From assembly GCF_000315625.1 (NCBI RefSeq), contig NW_005434665.1:493220-557219 (forward strand): a stretch of 64,000 nucleotides of DNA, given 5' to 3'. A model generated the notes under the pieces. The model was not told where the DNA came from and ran no database searches. It saw only the letters and a program-made list of their open reading frames with translations. Positions 55,301 through 64,000 of this stretch are shown piece by piece (the stretch's first letter is position 1; the number at the start of each line of letters is the position of its first letter). Position numbers and translations under genes: made by a program. Origin of the DNA: Guillardia theta CCMP2712 (Eukaryota > Protista > Cryptophyta).

Positions 55301-56181
55301 ATTTGCTTCAATGTTGCATATACATTTCTACCTATAATCTTTTACGGGTTTCTTGAACGGGATGTCAATGATACAACTGCTCTAAAGAATCCTCAACTCT
55401 ACATCCCTGGACAGGTTTGCATTTTCCCCGTAGTTTCTTGTGTATTTGACTTGTATTACAGCGCAGGGAGGGCTTCAACGCCACTGTGATGTTAACATGG
55501 ATGCTGAACGCAATCGTGCATTGTATTTTCGTGTTCTTCCTCCCCACGGCAGCGTTTGCGGCGACCGGGATGGTGGACTTGGGTGTATACGGGACCACTG
55601 TCATGCATTCGCTTGTGATTGCTGTGAATTTCCGGCTGTTTCTCGAAGAGAATTATATTTCCTGGATCTCTCATCTTGTCATTTTTGTCAGGTCTAGTCT
55701 GTTTGAACTTCATTTTCAAGGCTAACATTGAATGTGCAGTGTTGCGCTTTTTTACTTTGTTGTTGGCGTAGCGTCGAATATGCCGTTGAGCTTAACGCTG
55801 TTTGACGTGAATCTCTTTTATGGTATCCTCTTTGTTTGGTTTGTTCGATTTGAATGTTGCCGCTAGGTGTTGGCAAAATGACATTCGAAGAAGTTTTGTT
55901 CTACATGGCCACATTGCTCACAATCGTAGTCGCGAACTCGATTGACGTTGCAAGTTTATACATTGTAATTCTTTGTCATCCTCGGTCGTTTGTTCTGACT
56001 GTTTCTTGCAGGCTAGGAACTTCTTCCCCACACCGACGCACATCATCCAGGAGCGGGAGCGAGGATACGGACGCAATTTTTACAACACGGGTGATGACTC
56101 AGGAATGGAGAACGAGGTAGATGATCGTTAGCCTCACTTGCATGGCTTAAGTCTTGCAATGTTAAGCTGACGAGAGAGTAA
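52364..56181 (+). CDS. P4-type ATPase phospholipid flippase (ATP8/DRS2/ALA family); start approximate
   Basis: NKVVTSKY..FLP.NLYEQF, NLDGETNLK, VPISLY, FSDKTGTLT (catalytic Asp), YQAESPDEGAL, FNSARKRMS, CKGAD, WVLTGDKQETA, CRVSPNQK and IGDGANDVPMI. Confidence 0.96.
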
Positions 56182-56938
56182 GTAGGAAAGGTCCGTGATC
56201 TTAGCGAATGCCGGATCTCCCAGGTAGATCATTCTTGGATGAGTCATGCGCTGCTCTTCGGGCCGGCGATGCCTTGAAGGCTCGGAGACTGCAGGATTCA
56301 GAACACACTTACTTATGCTGATAAAATGCAAATGATGTTGAATGAAGTAGATAATCAAGTGAACAAGTATCGCGGCTGCGTGTTGACACCGTGCGATGCT
56401 CCGGGCCACCCAGGCTCAGCTACCGTATCAGCCGCCGCCGCGGTACGGTAGCCTAGCGGCCCCGGCTAATACGGTACTGTAGCCGCGGCCCGCCGGGGAA
56501 CCGTGGCAGTGTCACTTCTGAAGTTCCCGTGACCGGCGCCGTCAGTGCAGCCTGGCAGTCGACTCGCCGAACGGTCACAGTGGCCCACTGACGCCGTATC
56601 ATCCGAAGCGGCGGGGGCCTCACCGTGGCACTGCCCGGTCGGCCCTCACGGTTCCGACCGGCCGCTTCAACGGCCCGGCCAAGTTTGCGGCACTTGATGC
56701 CAGTCACTGAGTGCGGCGGCCAGTCACTGAGTGCGGCGGCCCCCGGCGGCCCCGGGCCGCCGCCGCCGGCCGGGCCGCCGCGGGGCCGTACCATACTCAG
56801 TGACGGTACTAGGCTACTGAGCCGCTCGGGCCCGGGAACTTGGGCCGCCCACCGACCGTACCGTACGGTACGGACAACCCCCCCGGGGGCCGCGAGCGGA
56901 GTGACGGCAGTGAGAGTCCGCCGGGCCGGGCTCACTGA

Positions 56939-57146
56939 TTGCTAAGGTCCTCACATGTCTGGATGCTTGGGGTTCACATCCTAGCATACAGTCTATCTCT
57001 CCGAGTCATGTGCCGCTCTCCTCAATTCTGGTTTTTGTGTGCATTAAACTCGGTCTTGAGCAAAAACTGTCTTGTTACAACTAAGGTCGATGTGATATCT
57101 GCGTGACTTTGGACTAGTACAGGTCTAACAAACTTGTATTCCGTCA
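56939..57146 (+). repeat. ~205-bp dispersed repeat, copy 1
   Basis: Aligns end to end, in direct orientation, with 59781-59987 (e.g. shared GAGCAAAAACTGTCTTGTTACAACTAAGGTCGATGTGAT), with few substitutions and short indels. Confidence 0.95.
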
Positions 57147-57697
57147 CGTAGCCTATGGCATGAAAGCCTAGCAGTCACGCCGGAGTAGCAGGGCGCCGCG
57201 GCGGCCGGGACCGTCCGACCGTACTCGCCGGGTGCTCAGTGACTCAGTGAGCACGGCCCGGTCGCGCGGCGGCGGATATACTGGCCCGGCCCGGCGGATA
57301 CTTTTCCGGATGCTCACGGATACTGAGTTTGGAATGGCTGACGGGCGGCGAAGATGAGGAAGGAGAAAAGGGAAGGGGGAGAAGGGGGGAGTGAGCAAGG
57401 AGGAGGGAGACTTGCGGTAAGAAACTGAAGACGGCAGCGCCTGTGTGACTTGCGTTTGCTGTGGTGTGACAGTAGACGAGGAGATTTAGCTGGGGAGGTG
57501 GGAACAGTTGCACCGATTTGTGTAGGAAAGGCAGCCAAGAGAGGCGAGGAGGGGTGACGAGCGGCGGGAGAGGAGGAGGAAGAGGAGGAGGAGAGGAACA
57601 TCAAGGGGACGCCTTGAAGTTTGTATCGGACCAGGACTGCAGCTTGTGTGGGAACTTGAAATTGTAACAAGCAGCCAGACACGTCCTCCTCTTGAAG

Positions 57698-59162
57698 ATG
57701 GGCTCCTCTTTGAATGAGAAGAGGGCGCAGGAGGTGGTAGGAAGCATGATGAAAGAGGTCAGAGCAGAAAACTGGATACACAATCTTGGGCTGGACGAGC
57801 TCTCTGTGTTCTCGTCGTGTACGTCCAGCCAAGGACCAGACGGTGGGGTGGTGAATATGGGTCAAGGGACAATCGGCATGTCCTCTAATGGGCTGAAGCG
57901 AAAGCAAGAAGACCTCGATCCTTCACAGAGGAAGTCTCGACATGCGCAGTATCAAGTTCAGGGCAATAACCCCGACGAGATCGCGATTCAAGGCATACTC
58001 CACCTCGACGGCACAAAGCCTGACCGTGCCGCTGACCCCTCGTTGCAACATCTCCCTCAAAGCCCCGAGGCCCAGGATCAAGAGCAGGTGATGCACGAGG
58101 ATCAGGATTACTCTCAAGAGTTTCCTGCTGCGGCATCTTCGCAACTCGAGTCTCATCCTTCGCCGGGACCGAGGTCAACAGTTTCCCCGTGACTTTGTGA
58201 TGTGATGGGGTGCGCGCAGGAGAGACAAAGGATTGCGATCTTTCAGCCTCAAGGTCTGTCAGAAGGTAGAGGAGCGTGAGTTGACGACGTACAACGAGGT
58301 AAGACTCACTCCCAGCTGTTGTGCTCGGGATGATGACTGCCATTCTAGGTCGCGGACGAGCTTGTGAAAGAGTTCAAGATGGACCAGAGCATCGTCTTCG
58401 ATGAGAAGAACATAAGGAGAAGAATCTACGATGCTCTCAATGTGCTCATGGCGATGGACATCATCACTCGAGACAGGAAGAACATTCGGTAAGGAAACTC
58501 GTGCCGGTGTGTTCCCTTGGGCGTCAGCATGAACGCCCGCCAGGTGGAAAGGATTTCCAGTCACCAACGACGAGACTAGGGACAGCACCATGTCACGCAT
58601 CACAGCATTGGAAAAGTCGATAAGAAAGAAATCGAGAGAGGTAAAGAGAAGCTAGAAGCGCGAGGGCCCAAGAGTGACTCCTCCCTGCAGATCGAACAGA
58701 AAGCCTCGCATTTCATCAGCCTGAAGAACATCGTGAAGCGGAACTCCGAGCAGGGTGCGGCAGAGACGGCAGAGGCAGACAAGTGCAAGCTGCAGATCCC
58801 ATTCGTTGTCGCGCAGACAAAAGACATTCATGACGTCGAGCTTGAGATTCACACGGACAGGAAGGTTAGCAAGCCTTGTTCCACCTGCGCATTCCCTGGA
58901 TAGCCCCCGTTCTGACCTGGATCTCTTCTTCAGCGCGCCAGCCTGTACTTCTCCAACAAGTTTGAGTTACACGACGACAAGTCGATCCTGGACTTCATGG
59001 AAATGGACAAGGTCTTACTCTCCCTCAATGACTCTGTTGCCCCTCATTCTGTTCGTCCAGGTGGAGGACGAGGAGAGCTTGAGACAAGCGTTCCCAAGTT
59101 GTCCGGAGATCTCCCAATTTCTTCTTAAGAGGAGGCCCAGCATTGTTCGCAAGCCCCCGTGA
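57698..59162 (+). CDS. DP: E2F dimerization partner (DP) transcription factor, multi-exon
   Basis: [15 protein letters not shown]...TTYNE/VADELV...[22 protein letters not shown]...I/RWKG (DP winged helix with DEF box), then coiled coil and marked box (LKNIVKRN...LQIPFVV...FELHDD..IL). Confidence 0.95.
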
Positions 59163-59780
59163 TCGCGTTCCTAGAGGGTCCGACAAGTTGAGTGAGTCGG
59201 ACCTCAATGAGTGACTAGCCACTGTAGTCCCAGTACTACCGTAAGGTTCCACCGTCACGGACGTTATTTGAACGGACTCGAGGCACCGTGGTCGGCAGCA
59301 GTGCCCTCGCTGACTCGAACTTGGCCGATCGTGGACCGTACAGGCCCAACCGGCCGCCGCTTCACCGTGGCACCGTGACTCGGCAGGCCCCGGCGGCTCC
59401 GCGGCTGGCCAGTGATCGGTGATCCGATCGGATGATTCAGAGTTACGAGTCAAGCCAGTGCCAGTGACCGGGACCTGCGGGCGGGGGCCCCAGTAACAGT
59501 AAATTTGCCATTGTTGATGATTGAGTCAGTCATTCCCGGAAGCCTTTGGCGACCGTACGGCACGGTCACCGCCCCTGCCGGACCCCTTGACTCTGTGAAG
59601 CCTTTGACTCAGCCCGGCCTGTGAGGTTACCGTACGGTTGATGGAACGTATGCCAGCCGTGCCAGTCAGATAGCGCCGAGTTAACAAAAACTCTCCTGTA
59701 AACCAAGACGACTTACCGTCGGCGTTTGCGAGGCGGCCGATGTAGCGTATGGGACGAAGAGGGGGCCTTTCCTAGCCGTC

Positions 59781-59987
59781 TTGCTAAGGTCCTCTCATGT
59801 CTGGATGCTTGGGTTTCACATCATCCTAGCATACAGTCTATCTCTCATGTGCTCCTCAATTCTGGTTTTGTGTGCATTAAACTCCGAGGCTCGGTCTTGA
59901 GCAAAAACTGTCTTGTTACAACTAAGGTCGATGTGATGTCTGCGTGACTTTGGACTAGTACAAGTCTTACAAACTTGTATTCCGTCA
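59781..59987 (+). repeat. ~205-bp dispersed repeat, copy 2
   Basis: Direct repeat of 56939-57146. Confidence 0.95.
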
Positions 59988-60881
59988 ACGGTACTAGATA
60001 GTACCGTACTACGGAGGCCCGGTGATCATGCCGGCGATCGCCGCGGAGTCGGCGATGCCCGGGCGGCCGCGGCCGGGTAACCGTGAGACTCGGAGCCAGT
60101 GTCACCCCCGACTAGTCATTCGGCACCTCACAGTCACACGCCGCCCGGGCGGTTTGTAACGACTGGAGCCCTTGGGGGAAAGGAAGAGACATACCGCGAA
60201 TAGAGCTGATTCGGGGACCCCTCCATTTTCATTGTTGAGATCGAAAAAAAATACAGACACTTTTATGAATAATATCTGATTTTTTACTGGTGAATTTGAA
60301 CTAGCAATAATTCAGATTTTCTCAATTGAAATCTGTTGTATGGACGTTCGTGAGTGTTCCTAATTCCGTACCCCAGCGACCCCAACAACCAGACACGTGA
60401 CCCTGATAGATAGAAGCAAGTGCACAAAGGTCCAAGTGTGGGTAGTCAGAGGGGGAAAGGGGGTGGGGGTGGTACTCAAAAGGCATCATGGTCACCCCCA
60501 CCCACAGGCTATTTATGCTCCCCCACGAGATTGATAAGAGTACCCCTGATTTTGGACCCCTACCCTCCAATTGCCTTCAAATCTCTCTGATCACCCTACC
60601 TTTTCCCAATGTTGATTCTCTTTGTAACCGGTATGTACATATACCCTAGGTAATATCCGGATTCAAAGTACCCCAACCCCCCCATTTTTAAGTCCCCCAC
60701 CACCCACCGGATCCAAATCTGAATCCCCCCGACGGTCCTGCTAGGCCCCTCATATGCACCCCCACCCCTAAGACAGGAGGTATAAAAAGGGTGGTCACGC
60801 AGGTTCCCCTATTGGTACCCGAGCATGCACGGGCAGCGCACATGCGGCGAACATGAGGTCGCACATGTACCCTCACACGCG

Positions 60882-62174
60882 ATGGAGGAGATCAGCAGCT
60901 CAGACATGTTGATGGATGAGACTGCCGATGTTGTTCCAGATGCAGACATCTCAAGGATGATCCACGAGGTACTTATCCTTCCTGTTTGCTGTTGGTTTCT
61001 CTTGTTACATTGGCAAGTTTACTGACTGGTGTCTCAGTTGTCATCTGAGGACGAGCATGAAGTTTCAGCTGCAGCGGAGTTTCTCTTTGAACGAGCTCAC
61101 ACCTCACACATGAAATCCTTTCAAAACAAGGAGCAGATGCGCATGGAGGGAGCCATCCCTTCACTTGTCCAAGTGCTCTCCTGTCCCCTGTCGGAGGCGA
61201 GGTACAATGCCTGCAGTGCGTTGAGTGAGCTTGCCTTTCAAAACAAGAGCAACTGTCTGGCGATCTTGAACACTCCTGGTGCTCTTGAAAGTCTCACAAA
61301 TCTCATGAGCATGCGTGAGGAAGTTCATCAGGACGACGCCTGCCTGGTGATCAACAACTGCGCGGCGTTCTGCTCGGAGTTTTGCCACAGGATCTCCTTG
61401 CAGCCTGGTCTGGTGGATTGTCTCAAGAAGTTGGCCACTCATGGATGCTTCAACTCCAGGAACGTGGCTGTGGGCGCTCTCAACTGCCTTTCTCGCTGTG
61501 AGAGGGCAAGAGAAGTCCTGCTCAAGCAACGAATTGTGGAGGACGCCTTGATCCCAGTCCTGCAAGAGCAGGGGACAGGGGACAAGTTCGAGGCTCGCCT
61601 GTCTCGAGCTGCCATGGCGCTAGCCAACCTTGTTGGTGACGATCCCTCGTGCGTGCTTGGGGAGGAGCAGCATCGCCAAATCCTTGCCAACACAGTCAGG
61701 ATCCTTGGGTTCGCCTCTCAAGGCAAGAGCTGGGCAGGCATTCACTTTGCTCCCTATGGCGTGCTCTATCCCTTCAGGAAGCTCGCATCCAACCCCTCGA
61801 TCCATACCCACATTGTGGAGTGCGGTATGGTAGAATCCCTTGCCCGCTGCATCCAGGACCGTCACAAGTTCGAGGAGACAGGTTCGACCTTGGAGCTGGC
61901 GTTGAGCGTGACCAAGGGTCTGATGGAATATGCGGAGCATCACTCGCAGCTGCGGCAGGCGGGGATGATCAGGCTGATGAGGCTGATCAAGACAGACATG
62001 TGCGTGAATGATGAGTGTAAGGAGATGGCGGGTGAGATCATGGAAAAGCTGCTTGAGGGGCATCTTGCTGTCTGGATGAGCCAGCACCCGAGGCTCGGAG
62101 GTCAATCCCCCCTCCACCTCCTTGACGAATTCGTGACGGGTATCATCCTTGATCATGCTTTCGAGCACCACTAG
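60882..62174 (+). CDS. Armadillo-repeat protein (intron 60969-61038) with C-terminal M.xHPRLG..S motif
   Basis: ARM-type repeats (NKEQMRMEGAIPSLVQVL...ARYNACSALSELA; GALESLTNLM; GLVDCLKKL...AVGALNCLS). The protein ends LAVWMSQHPRLGGQSPLHLLDEFVTGIILDHAF. Confidence 0.85.
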
Positions 62175-62719
62175 GGAGCTGAGACATGTCTGATTTCTAC
62201 TCGATTTATCTGTTATTTGACTACCTTATTAAAGACTTTAACTGCACAGGCTGCGTAGAAACTCGTGGCAGCATTTCAGGCGACCGTTCAAGACTTCTTG
62301 ACACAAGGCTTTAGAGTTCTACGTGACTAGATGTCACAAAAAAAACCGTCAGTGATGGTTTCCAGGCTGAACCACTTATATCGAGTTACGATCATCGGAT
62401 GGCACTCCTGGCCCGAAAACCGTGATGACTGCCCCGGCGGCCGGGCCTCGTCGCCCGCCGCCGGCGGCCCGGGGCCCCGCCCGCGCGGCCCCCCGGCCCC
62501 CCGGCGGTTGAGTCCGATCGGGCGGCGGCCGCGTGCCGGCGGTCGGGGCCATCGGGCGGCGGCCGCGTGCCGGCGGTCGGGGCCCGGTGACCGGTCGGAG
62601 TGAGAGTCTCGGCGCCCGCCGCCGGCCGCCCGGCCGGCCGCCCGGGGTCACAATCATTTTAATACTGTTCTGAAACGGGTATGTAACTGTAATGAGAACT
62701 CAGAGGCGTGTTAACGTCA

Positions 62720-63270
62720 ATATTCGAATTCGAATTCTCGCGGGAGGTTTAGAGGTTCAAATTTACGGGTGGGCGGGAGAAATTGGGTTGAAAGCTAGTC
62801 AAAATTTGAACTTTACCAGAGGAAATTCCAAATAGAAAGCTCAAAAATTCATTGATAACACCAAAAATCCGTCTGGCATTTCAAACTCTCCCCTGGGATC
62901 CTGTGCGCACGGCGCGTGAACAGTTCTATTATTGTTTCTGAATTACCCGTCAAAATCAGGCTAAATTTTGAATTATTTCCTGGGTAGGGTATTTAAAAAA
63001 AATCAAGTTTTTCCTTTCGTTGATCGTATACCGCGCCAACGGAGCCCGCCCATTCGAAATTTCGTTTCGCGCCTGCTGCGATCCCTGCTATCCACCGCCT
63101 CCTACGCCTCCTCCTCCCCTACCTCCGAACCCCTTGCTCTCTCCTCTCTCCTCTCTCTCATTCCCCTTCCTTGACCTTCTGCTAGCCTCCCTCCTTTTGT
63201 CCCCCTGCTCCTGCTCCTGCTTCCACTTATTGGCAACCACCGCCTCCGTTTTCGAACGCGAGATTTGAAT
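62720..63270. promoter_or_regulatory. Putative cell-cycle promoter with CHR-, E2F- and MSA/MYB-like elements
   Basis: TTTGAA/TTCAAA at 62756, 62805, 62880, 62967 and 63264; TTCGAA at 62723, 62729, 63053 and 63251; E2F consensus TTTCGCGC at 63065; GGCGGGAGAAA at ~62772; AACGG at 63038. The cluster lies directly upstream of an E2F gene. Confidence 0.5.
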
Positions 63271-63537
63271 TCTTGCTTGAGGCCTTGTCCTTGCCTCCAG
63301 AGACCTGCGTGCTTTGTCACATTCTCTGTATATTTCCACTCCTCCGGAAACCCTTCCGCCTTCACTGTCATTCGGCTCTTCCCAGTTGCATGGAAAGAGC
63401 GCAACTCTAATTTTTTCGACAACCAGTCTTGATGAGCGCGTAAGTTTTCATTTCAGACCTCTGCCTTCTTGACGATGCCCTGCAGAGTTCGTTCCTTTTG
63501 TGAAGAGAAGCATTTCCCCCAGAGCAGGATTTCTTCC

Positions 63538-64000
63538 ATGGTCAAGTCAGTGAGCATGGGGTTTGTTCCTGCAAGGCGGTAAGCAGGCTAATGGTCCCTT
63601 GAATTTTGATGTGATGTGTTTGCTTTCAGAACTTCCAGACACTATCCGTTCAACAACTTCGATGAATCTTCGTCTGAACCTCTCCGTGAAAACGAGTTCA
63701 GGTGTGAATGTGTTCATGATGACTTCGCGTTTCTGAAATTTTGTGCAGCATTGCTGCCAACGATGCCTGGAAAGGGATCGCAATGCTTGCACACTGCGCG
63801 CAGACCGTAGAGAACGAATCCTTGTCGAATGCAGACGAAGACTTGAACTCGCGCAGCTTCGATGCAAACTACAGTCGCAAGGACAAGTCTCTCGGCTTAC
63901 TTTGCGACAAGTTCCTTCAGGAGTATTCTTCAGCTTCTGAGGTACAACCCATGCACTTGCCTGGTCACGCAAACTAATTGAGATGCACAGATTTGTTTGG
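63538..64000 (+). CDS. E2F-family factor, atypical E2F7/8/DEL-like; 3'-partial
   Basis: Spliced exons lead into NYSRKDKSLGLLCDKFLQEY, matching the start of the first DNA-binding domain of E2F7/8/DEL (YSRK.KSLGLLC..FL). The gene runs off the window. Confidence 0.8.

Noticed and set aside
56939-59987. Intact LTR retrotransposon or CRISPR-like array
   Set aside because: The interior is an intron-containing DP gene with no gag/pol, primer-binding site or target-site duplication. There are only two long copies, not a repeat-spacer array.

Overview
This is eukaryotic nuclear DNA: gene-dense, with many short GT-AG introns that often carry CT/GA microsatellites. A bipartite signal peptide with an 'AAAF' motif points to an alga with a red-derived complex plastid. 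The style resembles a cryptophyte such as Guillardia, but that is an inference and was not verified. About 19 protein genes or gene fragments are supported. In order: a PDZ protein (partial); a bHLH-PAS factor fused to three cyclic-nucleotide-binding domains; an AN1 zinc-finger/UBL/CaaX protein; a plastid-targeted metallo-beta-lactamase-fold protein; UTP13/TBL3; a GAT-like fragment; an intronless orphan multi-pass membrane protein; a CDC14-like phosphatase lacking the catalytic Arg; a GBF1/GNOM ARF-GEF; a small unknown gene; a ZnT5-like CDF transporter; a coiled-coil protein; a triple RWP-RK factor; a TAF10-like histone-fold protein; PIP5K; a P4-ATPase; DP; an ARM protein; and the 5' end of an E2F7/8/DEL-like gene. 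Non-coding highlights are two paralogous box C/D snoRNAs in adjacent UTP13 introns, antisense to a conserved LSU rRNA segment; a ~205-bp direct repeat flanking DP; recurrent GC-rich palindromic mosaic blocks and GGGGTA/TACCCC-rich blocks between genes; and a CHR/E2F/MYB-type motif cluster upstream of the E2F gene. Exon boundaries were inferred by eye and are approximate. No tRNA, rRNA or CRISPR array was seen.
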